From Epiperipatus broadwayi (lineage: Eukaryota > Animalia > Onychophora), in the NCBI GenBank assembly GCA_028023455.1, contig JAQFVV010000002.1:12462001-12526000 (forward strand): a stretch of DNA of 64,000 bases. Direction: 5' to 3'. Position numbers and translations under genes: made by a program. How positions within the stretch are numbered: position 1 is the stretch's first letter; the number at the start of each line of letters is the position of its first letter. Positions 1 to 13,700 of this stretch are shown here, piece after piece. Under the pieces are notes generated by a model that saw only the letters and a program-made list of their open reading frames with translations, had not been told where the DNA came from and searched no databases.

Positions 1-1230
1 AAGCTTAAATCATGATACCTAATTATTAATATTTGTCTGAACTACTTTAAATACAAAATTAATCACATGTAGGCTTACTGTTCTGGTAGTATCACAACTT
101 CCCAGAAAATTTCACAATTAAATTAGAGTTCCTCTATATTAATAAGAATGTAGTGCAATGGAAGAGTGGCAAATGCTGGAAGTTCATGGATTGCAGCTCG
201 TCTCTGTCACTTATGATGCTCAAACTTCTTATTGGCTTTTGAGCAATAAAATATTCCATTATTTATTTACAAGACTTTCATGGGCTTAGTAGATTTAAAT
301 GTTAACATTTTAATAGAATTTCTTTCATATGTTTTTAGAAATGAATTTCAGGTGTGATGTCATTTAATAAAGTACCAATTAGAAATAGGCATTGAAAGCT
401 GAAATCACATCATCTAATAACAGTATTTGCCTGAATTACTTTAAATCAAAATTAAATCCACTTTTATCATTCTGACCAAATTTTATAAAGATTCTACAAC
501 AGAAAGTAATACTTTATATGTGTGAAAACTGGACATATCACACCTTTCTAAATATTTAAAATAAGATTTATAACATTTTACAAATGTGTCTAAGGTAATT
601 GTGAAAATATCTAGGCAATTATAATATTTTCAGTCTCATACATATAAAATATTGTTTTTTTATGATCTTTTTAAAAACTTGAGTAGTAGGCTAAAATTGG
701 ATTACTTTTGTTTTACAATAATTTAGACAAATGTTATTATAGATGATGTAATTTTAATTTGAAATGTCTTTATAATTAGTACTTCACTAAAATTATATCA
801 TAGTTACCATTCACTTATAAAAACAAATGGAAAAAATTTGTTAAAATATTAATATTTAAACATATAAATCTATGAAAATCTTTTAGTATATGTATATCAA
901 ATATAATATAATAAAACTGAAGCAGAATTAATTATATAAATTTTTTTATAAATAAATACAAAGCTGTAGACAGTGTATTGTATGGTTGCTGTCATCAGTA
1001 GCTTTTATTTTACAAATAAAAATTTAATTCTTATGTAATTTACATGTGAAATCATTTCACTGTGATTTCATAATTTATGTCTGTTTACACATACTAAATT
1101 TTCTTAGTATTTATAAAATATATTTTCTTTTTTAAAAAAAAAAAAATCTCTTAATTTGTCAAATAAACACAATATCAGACAAATTTTTATTGCATCTTGT
1201 TGTGCATTCCATATAAAAACTAACACTCAT

Positions 1231-1605
1231 AGCAAAGCATTATCATCATCATTATCAACCATTATCATTCCACTGTAGGATAAATGTCTCTCCAAGTTCA
1301 ATCCATCTTCTCTGATCTTTAGCTTCTCTTCTCCATATCACACATGTACCCTTTCTTATTTCATCCTTCCATCTCACATGTGCTCTCTTTCTGGGTCTTT
1401 TACAATCTCTTGGAATCCAGTTTAAGATTTTAATTGTTGGTCTATTATCACCTCTTCTAGCAATATCTCCAGCCCAACTTTACTTCAGTCTTTTAATTTT
1501 TTCAATAAGATTAGTAACACCTGCTTGTTCTCTTACCCATATATTGTGTTTTCGATCTCTTCTTGTTACTCCCAACATGCATCTCTCCATATTTCTTTGA
1601 GTGGT
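1231..1605 (-). mobile_element. RTE-clade LINE 3' end fragment
   Basis: Minus-strand translation QRNMERCMLGVTRRDRKHNIWVREQAGV...WAGDIARRGDNR...WIPRDCKRPR...RW is a typical RTE ORF C-terminus. It is followed by a (TGA)n-type tail (catcatcat on +). A related copy lies at 48480-48662. Confidence 0.85.
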
Positions 1606-1979
1606 CAATATATAATATTAGCTATATATTTTTTAAATTTGCTAAATGATATGTGTGAAAATTTAGCATAAATAAAGTAGGACTATTAGGCTGATATTAG
1701 ATTTTAGAGGTAGTATCTTTTGAACATTATCATCATCATCTATTTTTGTTAAAATCATTATAAAGTTTTTATAAGGATAATTAAATGTTTAAATATCAGA
1801 GTTCTATGGAAGTATAAACAGAAAAAAATTGATCCATAATAATTGACCACATTTTATTTAACAATTAAATATGAAATTTATTATTTTAGCATATGAACTT
1901 TTTAGACAACTTAATTCTTAACAAAATATTGTAAAGGAATCTATTATGTTTTTCAGTTCTCTCACTGCAGTCATTTCTT

Positions 1980-2930
1980 TGATATCATTAAGTATGTTGT
2001 TCATAATTTGGATTTGTTCACCTTAACTGTTACTTACAACAGTGACAGTTAAATTTCATTTATAAAACAGATCAGCACAAACAACTATGGGTTGTCATTA
2101 ATCTGTTGATGAGATTCCAGTTTGTCTAGAGAGATTATTATTGAATGTGAAAAAAGAAATTTATTTGAAACTTTATTAGAATTTCATTTTTTATGCCATA
2201 ATTTTTTGATTATAGATTCTTGGTTAAACATCTAAAAATGAGATCTCGATTTGAGTCAAATCTTAGATGGTAACTATATCTTGAGTCATTGGAAAATCTG
2301 ATCTGATTAACAGTTTTTTATACATTTCCTGTGAAGCAACTTTTCTTCTGTTATTTGGTCAAAAAATATGTGAAAGAAGGGGAAACCACTGTAAAGAATT
2401 GAGTGAGGCCAGTAATATTTTTATGAAAATATTAAATTGAATATTCAGAAGTGTAGTGTTGGACTTTTTCTCCAACAAGGCCATAGTACTCAACAGCAGA
2501 ATACATTAATAAAGTGTAGAGAACTCTTGAGGTACAGAATTGGTAAGTGAAAAACCAGTAGTGTTTTTCCATTTAAAGTGGTTTGTACTAAAAATAAGTT
2601 TGTGGATAAATAGAGAAGGGGGGGGAGAATATATTATGTTCTTTAAGCAATTGGAATACTTCAAGTGCAGAAACAAGAGCTGAGCTGCTATGTCTGGTTG
2701 CATTATAATGGATCCAGTTTTCTCATATCATCTAATCTGGTCACTTTAAATAAAATAGTAGCTAATAGTTTCTGAAATAACAATATTTTTTGTTTTAAAA
2801 AGGGGGATTTGGATAATAATAAAAAAAAGAGAAGAGATTGGATTTTGACTTTAACAAGGAGTGGGATTATGAATATGGGTCTTAGATTGTCCAGAAATGA
2901 ATGTTTTTTTAAAAATTGTTTCATAATTAA
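1980..2930 (-). mobile_element. Decayed LINE reverse transcriptase fragment
   Basis: Minus-strand ORFs carry NLRPIFII (cf. NYRPISLL) and NSVPQ (cf. GVPQG), with multiple stops. Confidence 0.45.
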
Positions 2931-3285
2931 AAATAGTAAATTATTATTTACTATTGTATTTTTACATTTTTAAAAAAAATATTCCATATACTAATGATTC
3001 AGGCTTGTATCAATCTTGAGTCTGATGGGTTCTTGACATCCTTAAGTCATAGTGTAGAGTAGTGACATTCAGCTTTTTGGATTCCATGTACCACTTAAAA
3101 AATGTCAAAATTTCTCTGTAGCACACTACCTTTATAGAAAGTTTTGACATCAAAATAAAAAAAATAGGCAAGCAAACATTGAGCATTCCATTATCAGATT
3201 TTCAATTGGATGGACAGTTGAAGAGTTGGAGTGTGGAGTAGATTGAAGCCTGTCCATTAAAGTATAAAGATTGGCTATCTTAATA

Positions 3286-3455
3286 TATGTGTAGAGATGG
3301 TAATCTGGACCAACTGAATGATTGCTGTTTTAGCATGAATTATGTATTTTGGTGATTATTTGTCTTTTCAACATATATGTGTTCAAGTGTATCAGTGTTA
3401 TGAGATAGAGTGGAGAGTGGTGGGTGGTGTGAAAGTCTGTGCTCATATACCCTAT
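3286..3455 (+). repeat. HHR family B repeat copy with decayed hammerhead (about 3301-3359)
   Basis: GTAATC TGGA CCAA CTGAATGA TTGCTG TTT TAGCAT GAAT TATGTA TT TTGG T GATTAT aligns to the intact HHR at 37231-37287. The downstream GTATCAGTGTTATGAGATAGAGTGGAGAGTGGTGGG is shared with 23141-23319. Confidence 0.75.
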
Positions 3456-4264
3456 ATATTAAATATTTATTTTATTTTTTGTTAATGGAAACATAATTAC
3501 CATAACAAAATTTAAATATTTAGTTTATTTAGAAACAAAATATCTATAAGGACAGTCTAACACCCATTGTACTGCAATTGTGAATATGGCACTAAAATAG
3601 CATATGACCTACAATGCAATAAGTCTGGTTATTTTTGTTAATGACAAAGAGCTGACAAAGACAGTAATGATATAATTGAGATATATGTTTTAATTTTTTA
3701 TAACAGTTTTACATTATTTGAATAAATTATTTAAATATAATATTTAAAAAATAGTTAATTTTTTTTTGTGTACCACATGTAAATCCATTCGGTACTATTG
3801 GTAGTCTGTGTAGCATAGATTGAGAATTGCTGATATAGATGTTTAAAAGCAAATATATATTAAAGTCTGTTTTAGAATTCTAAATATATTATTCAAAAGT
3901 ACTAGGTTGATTTTATTACTATTTCTTTAACTCCTCAAGAATAAATAAAAATCATATTCATTCCGAAAATTGAAATTATTTAGTTTTACATTGAATTGCA
4001 TATACAAATAATCACTTTCTCTTCCTCTCATAAACACACATAAATGATAAAGTAATAACATTTGTTTAATTTTAAAAATCATAACATAATCCATTTACAA
4101 TATAAAAATAGCAAATGATTTAAAATAAATGGAAATTTTCTTTGCATTGGATAAAGTCCAATTTTATTATTCCCTCTTCCCTCAAAAGCATATAGTGATG
4201 CAGTTGACTTAGTATCAAATTATATGCAGGATTTTTGACTAGTCAAGACATAGTATTTGATTTT

Positions 4265-4435
4265 CCATATATGTGCAAGATGATAATCTGCACCAACTGA
4301 TGAATGCTGGTTCAGCACAAAATACATATATTGCTGATTATTTATCTTTTCTACATGAGTGTGGTCATATATATCAGTAGTATGAGATAGTATGGATAGT
4401 TTAAGGTTGCTTGAAAGTCTGAGTTCAAATCCATT
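4265..4435 (+). repeat. HHR family B repeat copy with decayed hammerhead (4283-4341)
   Basis: ATAATC TGCA CCAA CTGATGA ATGCTG GTT CAGCAC AAAA TACA TA TATTGC T GATTAT. The CUGAUGA box is intact and G12 has changed to A. Confidence 0.8.
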
Positions 4436-4989
4436 ATATTTACAATTAAGTTCCAGGTATAAGAATGCCTGGATTTTAAATCTTATTAATTATAAATAAA
4501 TTTTTTTACTTTACAGTTTCTTTTCATTATTGTGTAGTTTTAGATTGTTTGTAATAACAAATATTTATTAGATATTTATTAGTAAAGAACATAATAAGTA
4601 ATTAGTTTTATTCAGTTGCTTGCATGACTGACTCAATAATAAGTGATAGCATATATAGCTATTACTCAATAGCAATTAATTCTCAAAAATATATAGTGAA
4701 TAAGAACCAAATTTTTGTTTCAAAGGATTTTATTGATCAAATGTTACATTGAGTTTTTTCTTTTTTTCTACATTCATAGTATGAAATATGACTTAATTGC
4801 ATGTTGAACTACATATAAACATATATTTTACATATTTAAATTAAGAAGAAAACAATGTAATAATTAGTAGTGCTTTTTATAATTAGATATCTCATTATAG
4901 GGTTTCAGATGCTGCTGCATTAAGGATCAGGTATCTGAATAAATATTGTGTGTGGAAATCTTTTTATCTTTTGCTCCGATTGACTCTAA

Positions 4990-6240
4990 CTTAATTCAGA
5001 AAGTATTTGGCTGTCTTCTAAAATTGCTATTATGTATTAAAAAATGAATTTGACACACCACAGGGCATAAAAAATGTGGATGCCCTAATCTTAGGGAATA
5101 CTCCCATTGAAAATGTTTGAAATATAAATTATATGCTGGTATTCTGACTGTGGAATAGTCTTGGAATTGTTGTGTATATATTTTCAAAAGTGTGATAATC
5201 AGAAAATATGTGTAATTGAGTCTTTGTGCCTTTATGTCAAAGCCAACATTGGGAATACATATATTTGCACAGTGCTCTTTGTATTTATAAAAATGTAAGT
5301 TTGATAATGTTTGTAAATTTAATTTTATTAGAACGACAAAATATTTTGTTTCAAGAGACCAATGCTTGAGTTTATGAGGTAACTGCTTATTATTTACATT
5401 TAGTATAGTCTGCTCATTGTTATTTTTCATAGATGGATATAATAAAGAATAGACATTTCAATAGTAGTATTGTTTTCAAATGGACAAAAGATTAGGTTAT
5501 CAATTACAAGCAATGAGCAAAGAATAGATTTCCACTAACCTGTGGTAGGTGGTTACCTGTGTGTAAAATGTAATCTTAAATATAATTTCCAAATTTGAAA
5601 AAAAATTGACATACAAAGATATTAGGTTTCTAGTTTTTGAAATTTTAAAGATATATATTGAATGTAGACCCAAGTAATTGTAATTGTTTAAATTAAATAG
5701 AAACTATTTTCTTTCCGAAAGTAATTTCCTGCACATGGTATATACATATAATTATTGGTGAATAATATGATATTCTTAATTATTAGTAGTAGATTCAATA
5801 ATAATGTTTTTGCTTACAGTGAAAGATATGATTTTCCAAGGGAAATTGATCAGGTGTTCATTTTTTCCTTTCAGTTTGTCTTATATTGCTAATTGGATTC
5901 CTGAGTTACTGAGATGAAAAAGAAAACCTAAACCATAATTATGAGTTTCTTCAAAGTGGAGGGTTTTTGTCCTATATATATATATATAAAATCATTAAAA
6001 TTTATATATATATATATATATAAAATCATTAAAATTTATATATAGGTTATACATTGAATAGTTTCTATCATCTCTGGTATAATATACTCCAGGTAATTCT
6101 TTTTCAATGCTTAAAGATAAAGCATCTATGTATGTGGTAAAAATTAAAGGATTAAAAAGAGAGCTTTGAGGTATTGAGTAATAAAGCTTATAAGCAGTTG
6201 AGTATGTTCTCAAATTTTGAAAACCTTTTAGCATTATATT
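4990..6240 (-). mobile_element. Decayed LINE (RT motif region and C-terminal part)
   Basis: ORF 5995-6234 reads SIPQSSLFNPLIFTTYIDAL...YYTRDD (cf. GxPQGSxLxPxLFxxYIxDL...YADD). Downstream remnants have stops and a Cys/His cluster in ORF 4996-5430. The extent is approximate. Confidence 0.6.
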
Positions 6241-6306
6241 TAGAAAACATTTTACTATGCAAAATACTGCACATTAAACTTGGAAAGGATAATAAAGAAA
6301 GAATAA

Positions 6307-6411
6307 AATGTATGTGCTTTCAACATAAACTGAAGAAATTTTATTAATAAACATGATTTCTTGCAGCATACCAAGACAGAAAAACGGCTTCTGGCATATT
6401 GTAAAATTTGT
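6307..6411. repeat. Dispersed repeat, paralog at 20303-20402
   Basis: Both loci share AATGTAT(G/A)TGCTTTCAACATAAACT...TTAATAAA...GCATATTGT(A/C)AA. Confidence 0.6.
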
Positions 6412-7752
6412 TTATTAATTTATTTATTTTTTTAAATACATGATTGTGAACAGCATTTGAAGATGAAAAAATGGTTGCTTGTTTATCATAAAATATATTA
6501 AATTAAAATTTCTGTTGTTGTTGTTTATTTGCATTCTTTAGGGATAGCATATAAATAAAGTCATGTATTTTGGTACATGGCTTATAAGTATCTGCAAATC
6601 ATAACCCAACATTCAAATCCTAAATAAAACACTAAAATATCAGCAGTCTGTTGTCAAGAGAACTTCAATAAATAGACTTTATTAAAACTTCTGGACAAAT
6701 TTAATCTTATTCTGTTTCAGTCATGCTTTCACTCATTGTCTGTTTAAAGATCTTAGATTAATTAGCAACTTTACAAAAATAGGTAATCTTATTCCTGTCA
6801 TCTCACTGACATTCCAACCCCCATTAATAATAATTTTGTCAAAGCATTAATTAACCTTATTACTAAGCACAGAACTTTGTCTTACAATCTCTTCTTTAAC
6901 ATATTAAGGATTTGTAAGCATGTGAGCTGGGAAACAAAACAATATATTAAATAACATCTAGTCTTTTTCTTATTCATCAACATTATAATGAACTTAAAAT
7001 ATTGGTATCTAGAATCAAATATCTGAACTTCTTAATTAAAGTCAATGTTCAAAGCTCTTCCCATCAATTTATTTGTTTTCTACAAAATTTAGTATAAATA
7101 TAAGTCTAGCATGTATCCTAAATCACAAAAGTGAATAGTCCATGAAACATTTTCTATTTAAATACCCCTATCTCCAAATGTACTATATTCTTATTACTGA
7201 CATCACTCATTCACATGCACATATACTAACTAACCTAATTGATAGCATGTGCAAATATCTTTTTCCCAACATAAGAATCATTACTTTCATTCTTATTACC
7301 CTTTGGTTCATAAGATATCAACAGATCTTTAATCCCACATCTCACAATTAGAAAACACTCTTTCAAAACAGATAATATTAAAATAGAAATCAAACCTATG
7401 CACCTGCAGAATTTTTGCAGCTACTTGGAGTTTGATCTCATTCACAATACCATAGTATCTTAACAATTCTTTTATTTGTTTCCATTTTACTCATTAATAT
7501 ATTGTATAAAATTGACTATTATAAAAATTGATTATTTTTATAAATGTTATCATTATTTTGAAAACGAGTTGAACTTCTGTAATAGTTTCCAGCTATAAAC
7601 TGTCTCTGTTAAATGTATATACTATGGTAGATAAATATCAATAAAATATATAACTTTAATTATATTGCTTCTATATTCCTTCCAAATAATTGATATCTTT
7701 TCCCTAGTAAATATAAGATTGATTTCAATTCCCATATTCTTAAAATATGTTT

Positions 7753-7856
7753 TTTTTTTTTTATGTGTCAAAGCATCGGCCGGGAAGTGAACCCGCAAAC
7801 ACGGGACAACTGCTTGTAAGGCAGCTGTGCTGACCTCTTGGCCACCAACGCTTGAC
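7753..7856 (-). mobile_element. tRNA-Gly-derived SINE copy
   Basis: Minus strand GTCAA GCGTTGGTGGCCAAGAGGTCAGCACAGCTGCCTTACAAGCAGTTGTCCCGTGTTTGCGGGTTCACTTCCCGGCCGATGC TTTGACACAT plus poly(A). It is flanked by the 12-bp direct repeat TAAAATATGTTT (7741-7752, 7857-7868). Confidence 0.9.
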
Positions 7857-8329
7857 TAAAATATGTTTATTTTTTTATTATTTTCCTAAAATTCATTTAT
7901 ATACACACTATTTTATATATATTTATTCTTATTATGATTTCCTGACATAAGAATTTTAATTGAAATAATATTTTTAACATTAATAGTTTAGAAATCAATT
8001 CTACAAACTGAAATTATTTTAACAACAGACAGTATGAAACTACTCCAAACATATTAATAGTATATAATATTATATATATATATATTAAACCTGATTTTTC
8101 ATAAATCTAAATAGTTCATAAATGCAAACTGCATAATAATAACACAAGCTCCTTGACAATAAATAGAAGATTCATAGTGTAGATAAATGTGGTCTGTTAT
8201 CATGTGATTTATACATATGTGTGTGTGTGTATGTAAGCAAACACATAATTTTATCTATATAAATGCAGGTAAAAAAGTAGATATACAGGATTGTATATCT
8301 ACTTTTATTTTTCATTTTATTTTACAGAT

Positions 8330-8880
8330 ATTGAGAATAATGTCACCTAGTCTGAGGAAAAACAACAGTTCTCAAAAACTGAAAATACTAAGAAAATGCA
8401 TAGAATGTGGCAAGAAATATTTAGCTCTGCTCCACTCTATCAAATAAAAAAATGATATATAGTTTCAGTGATTAATGCATTAAAATGTGGATGTCCTTAG
8501 ACATGGGTGACATAAATAATTGAGATGAGAATCATTCTGCCATCAAGAAATTATTTTTAAAAAAGCCAATAATACAACATGAGCATCCTGAATGTTTTAT
8601 ACTCAAAATGTTCTTCTGATATTTAATGAGTATATTGAAATTGAAATTAAAATTGTTCCATAAAAGATTAATTAAGTTTTTACTTTATGAAATTACCATG
8701 ACAAAGTCTTTCTACACCATTGAATCATATGTTTGTGGTAGCATTGAATAACCATCTCATTCACCCAATTTGAGGCCTATGATGTTTTTTGAGAAGCATA
8801 GTAAAAAAACAATCTTCAAGAGAAAGCATTTTGCAAAGGAATTGGTCTCACAAGCATTTATTGATATTAATGGTAAGTAG
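8330..8880 (+). mobile_element. Tc1/mariner-like transposase remnant
   Basis: Translation near 8745-8790 gives SIE*PSHSPNLRP, resembling the WPxxSPDLxP motif. Stops and frameshifts occur throughout. Confidence 0.45.
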
Positions 8881-9865
8881 AATTTGTGTTATTGTATTGT
8901 AATATTAATGAAGGATTTTCTGAGCATCTAAGAGACTAAACATGATTTTTATCAGAACTATATATTCTCTTTTTGTTCAGTTTTGAGCATATAAAAAACT
9001 AAACGTAATTCAACTAGGGTTGCATATCTTTTGATCCACCCAATATGTAGTTATATGTTTTTATGAAGGCAGTAATAAATGACAATTTTCTTGTTAATTT
9101 TTTAGAAGTATTCAGACCTATGTATTATAGTAATAAAATAAAATTTGCTTTGTTGTGTAAGTTATTCATTATTACTTGAATTTTCTTCGTCATCCTTCGT
9201 CATATTTTCTTTTTAGAGGGAAGGAAAATAACCTTTTTTTAGCCTGTATATGAGTCAATCTTTGAGTGAATAAAAGTTTGTTTCTGTTATTATTTTATAA
9301 AAAAGATTTCTCTCATTAATCATCTAGTATTGTCATGGTGAACCTATGACACACGTGACAGAAATGGCACTCTGAACTTTTTACTGGCATGCGAATTATT
9401 TACTGATCATAATTTTCTATGCTTTAAAATGAATTATTCATTTTTTTTTATTTGTTGCTAAAGCCTGTAGTTATAAAAATTTACTGTACACTAAAGATGA
9501 AACAAATAAATAGAATATTATATTACAAATGTAGTATTTACTTGCTAATTTTAAAGTAAGGCGTGATTTATTTTATATATATAAAAGAAATGATTGAAAA
9601 TTATTGAGAATATTTAATTTAACACATATAATTCTCTAAGGAATATTAATGGATAGTTATAGTCAATAATAGTTTTTTGTACAGCTTTATTTTATATATA
9701 AAAATAAGGAAATGATTGAAATATTTACTATTAGGTTTGAACAATTTTCGATTAAAAATAAAGGTAGTATATGTGTGGAGAGATATTATTTCCATTAAAA
9801 CTGATCCCAATTTTTTTTTAATATTTAATTTAGATATTTTTATCTGTTATGAACTTAATAGAAAA

Positions 9866-10065
9866 TTTTTATAAATTTATTTAACGCACATTGATTACGT
9901 AAGTAATATTTACTAAGGCACTAAACCTAAAGCATGTGCGGTTGAAAATGCGAAGATAGGAACCTCTACAGGTCTTAACCAATGTGTAAGCTTGTGGTTA
10001 AGACCTGTAGAGGTCTCTAACTTCGCATTTTCAACCGTACATGCTTTACGTTTATTGCTTTAGAA
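9866..10065. repeat. Fold-back (MITE-like) hairpin nested in the hAT element
   Basis: Arms of about 68 bp (9913-9981 / 9995-10063) are near-perfect reverse complements around a 13-nt loop. Related sequence occurs at 10422-10465 and 47115-47272. Confidence 0.85.
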
Positions 10066-10317
10066 AATTTTTAATAAATTACAACTCTTTTTTTATGCAT
10101 ATCAAAAACTTTGCTATCTGAAACACCCATCTTCTCACATCATGACCAATAATGTTCAAACCTAGCAGTAAATATTTTGATCAGTTCTTTTACATGGTAC
10201 AACTAAAGCAACTTCATCACTGTTTGGATTAATACTAAATAAAGTTAAATAAAGTAGTATTATATTCTATAACCCTGCAAATGATTCCAATAAAATTACG
10301 AAGTAAATTCAGTAATT

Positions 10318-10935
10318 TTTTTTTTTTTTTTATCAAGACATTTTATTGAGATCAAAGAATTACATTATAGCAGTAACAGAGTTATGTTGTTAACACAAAC
10401 TATAAAAAAAGGTGCTTGGGGATACAGCCTTAATGAATATTACTTACGTAAAAATAAATTTATAATTAAAAAAAGGTTACATAACCCAATACCTACAGTC
10501 TGGGGGTAAAAAGTCAACTGTTCAATCACAAATTGTCCATTATTACAAGGCTCCATGTAGCATTGTAGATCTATGTTGGAACTAGTTTTTCAACTCTGTG
10601 TCTGATGGCCTGAAGTTTTGCCAGAAGTAATTTTTTACAGTCAAGCAAGGTGTGTCCATAAATGACAGTGCACCTAATTGACCAATAGGCAAATAGCAAA
10701 TAGGTTATGATTCTTATGGATAGAAAGATCCCATTAGATATGCTAAAAATCAGTCCAAGTGAGGAGAGGCACTCTAGTTTTGTATATGGATGCGATAAAA
10801 TCTCTGTACCATTGGAGTGAGGTACAATGGCTCAGGATATGTGCCATTGTGTCATCATCCCATTTACATAAAGGGTAGACCAGGTCCAAGTGTGAGAATC
10901 CTCTACAATAGACCAGAAAATGACATATGGGCTGA
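10318..10935 (-). mobile_element. L1/Tx1-like LINE 3' fragment with poly(A) tail, nested in the hAT element
   Basis: Poly(T) on + at about 10316-10332 with AATAAA just upstream on the minus strand. The minus translation YPLCKWDDDTMAHILSHC is a CCHC-type zinc knuckle of ORF2 with the first Cys mutated. Confidence 0.75.
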
Positions 10936-11359
10936 GCATTCAGGTTTATTTTAATCTGAAACTCAGTAAAATATTTTCTAATTCTTTAATATAAAGCTTG
11001 TCAAATCGTAAAGAAAAAGTAGTAAAATGTTTTTTCGCCATAATCTTTTTTGGTTTAAACGTGGTAAATGCCTTTTATTTTTTCATTCATTTTTTAAAGT
11101 AATCGAAATAGCAAACAAAGTAATGAAATGGGTGTGATCAATGCCATCATAAATAATTTAAATATCAACATAGTTGGTAGCAATACATATATAATTGTTA
11201 GGCTATTTGCAAGTTTGCTGTAAAAGTGAAGTATAAAAATGATAATATAATTTCACATATAATAAATCTTTGATTATACAATTATTAAAGTTCATTTAAT
11301 TTTACTTTTTAAATAAATTTGTTGCCATTTTATTGACTAGTGAAAATAAATAAAAAACA

Positions 11360-13119
11360 TCAAGCAATAGAGAATTCCAACATTGGTGGACTGATGAGTA
11401 TGGAATGATTAGAAAACGCAACAAGACAGTATGTGTTTTATGTTCCAGAACAGTCATATTAAATCCATCATAGGTAAAATGGCATCATGAGACCAATCAT
11501 TAATTACTCCCTGAAACCAATCATTAATTACTCCCTGGAAAAAATAAGGGCAGACAAAAAGAATATATTGTTGGAACACTTAAAAATATAAATATTCAAT
11601 CATTATCTTTAATGAAATTTATTGAAAAATCATTCAAATATAATTGCTGCTAGTTTTTTTTTTGTCTCAAATATAATTACCAAACCCAGAAAATATTTTG
11701 AAAACAAAGAAAAAATTATTGAGAGACTAAAAGATTTTATCTTGGCTAGAAGTATGGTTAAACAAAGAATCCTGCAAATGATCGACAACATACCAACAAA
11801 AAAGAGATAAAATCTTCTAGTTTAATTTCTCTCTGAAAGTATGGACATAAATGAATCAGCACATTTGGCTATTTTTATTCACTATTGTGTTAGGAATAAT
11901 ATCAAAGAAGAATTGAGCAGTTTAACCTCATTAGTAACAAAAACAAAAGAAATAGATATTTGCAATAAAGTTTTAAATGTACTCGCTGAAAATGAAATAT
12001 ATGTTGGCAAAATTGTATCAGTACCTACAGATGGTTCTCGAAGTATGACTGGAAAAGAAAATGGTTTTCTCAATTTATTTATCAACCATATCAGACATTC
12101 AATTTTGGGTTTTCATTGCATTATGCATCAGGTTTTATGCACAGAGGCCAGCTTTAAGCTACTAAATGGTGTTACAAACATTGAACCCAAATTAGTCAAT
12201 TATATATCTGCTCACACTCTAAATAAAGAAAATTTCTAAACTTATTGAGAGAGCTGAAGTCAGTATATAATGTTTTCCCCTGATGTACAACAATATCCGA
12301 TGATTAAGTCAAAGAAAGTTTTTCAAAGATTAGTTGAGTATTTAGATGAAATTAGACTTTTTTTTTTTACATAAGGAAATGTGTTCACATTTAAATGGAT
12401 TAAATGTGAAACTGAAAGGTTATAATAACATAATTGTTTTCAATTTTGATTTAATCAAAGCATTTGAAGCTAAATGATAAATTTTCAACACTTACACTTT
12501 TAAATATTTTCCAAATATAAAAAAATATTGACTGATTTAGAATACCAAGAGCAGTCAGATCATGTAAAACTTACACAAGAGTTTTGTGTTATTAATCAAT
12601 CAATAATTAAGCAATTTTCTTCAAGATTTACATAGTTCATACAATTTGCATAAACATCAAAATTTATTTTATACCCAAACACTAAATCAATGGATAGTCT
12701 CAATTTAGAATTTTTCCAGTGGCTTAATTTGGAAGGTACGGAAATACAATTAGACAATTTTCAATTCAGTTCTATACAGAAGCAAAATTTTGTCAATTTG
12801 AGAAATGAGTTAAAAACAATTAAAAATGGTCTATTATTGGGCGTATTTAAACAGAAAGTTGAACAGGAACTAATGATAGTCTGGAAGATATTTCTGAAAC
12901 ATTTAATTGTTTAAAAAAAAATAGCGACCATTATATTATCAAATTTTTTCTCTACATATGTATGTGAGTATTGTTTTCTGAAATGAATTTAATTAAGACA
13001 GTTCAAGAAATAGAACGACGGATGAATCTAGTTCAGTGTGTATATTATTAAAAGTGACAAAATATGAAACAGATATAAAACATTTGGTATCCAATATACA
13101 ACAGCAAAAATCCCATTAA
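11360..13119 (+). pseudogene. hAT transposase pseudogene (GTF2IRD2/EPM2AIP1/SPIN-like)
   Basis: Fragments WTDEYG...VCVLC (zinc-finger-like), DINESAHLAIFI, SVPTDGSRSMTGKENGF, FHCIMHQ and the C-terminus QQQKSH*. They are broken by stops and frameshifts. Confidence 0.9.
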
Positions 13120-13684
13120 ATAATATCGATTTGTGTTTATTTTCAAAATTTTGTTTTAATTATTATTAATTTTTTACTATTAAATTTCATTCAACTGGTG
13201 CTCTTCTAAATAAATATCGTTCATTTGCATTTAGCTTATTTAGAAATTTTGTTTAATTATTATTAAGAATTTTGTAAAGCTATGAAATTTGGAAATAAAT
13301 GAATTATTATTATTTTGTTGTTTTATAAACTTTTAAAAATTTGCAATAATTAAGTTGTTTATATTTTGATATTAATAAGTGTATGGCATGCCAATCATTC
13401 AAATATTTTTTTGAAAGTTTTGACTCGCACCCATAAAAAGGTTCGTCACCATTAATCTAGTATATCTAGTATATATATATATCAGTTTTAAAAAACGAAT
13501 AACAGAAATTGCAATTTGTATGATATAATTGAATTGTTAATATAATAGATACTAATTTGTATTTAGGTTTAAATTATGAATTTGTATATATTTAAAACTA
13601 ATATATATACTGTTTTCAATAAAGACGAAGATAAAGATAATATTCTGCTTCGAATTTTAATTATTTTTTAAAGTCTGCATACAT

Positions 13685-13700
13685 CTGACACCTAGTGGCA
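13685..13700 (-). promoter_or_regulatory. CTCF-like motif between the hAT end and HSP70
   Basis: Minus strand TGCCACTAGGTGTCAG is close to the CCACYAGRKGGCAG consensus. This is a motif match only. Confidence 0.35.

Larger units (their letters stand above)
9330..13454 (+). mobile_element. hAT-superfamily DNA transposon (Charlie/SPIN-like), both termini present, non-autonomous
   Basis: Imperfect 16-bp TIRs (TTGTCATGGTGAACCT / AGGTTCGTCACCATTA) and an 8-bp TSD ATCTAGTA at 9322-9329 and 13455-13462. It contains an internal transposase pseudogene, a nested hairpin and a LINE fragment. Confidence 0.88.
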
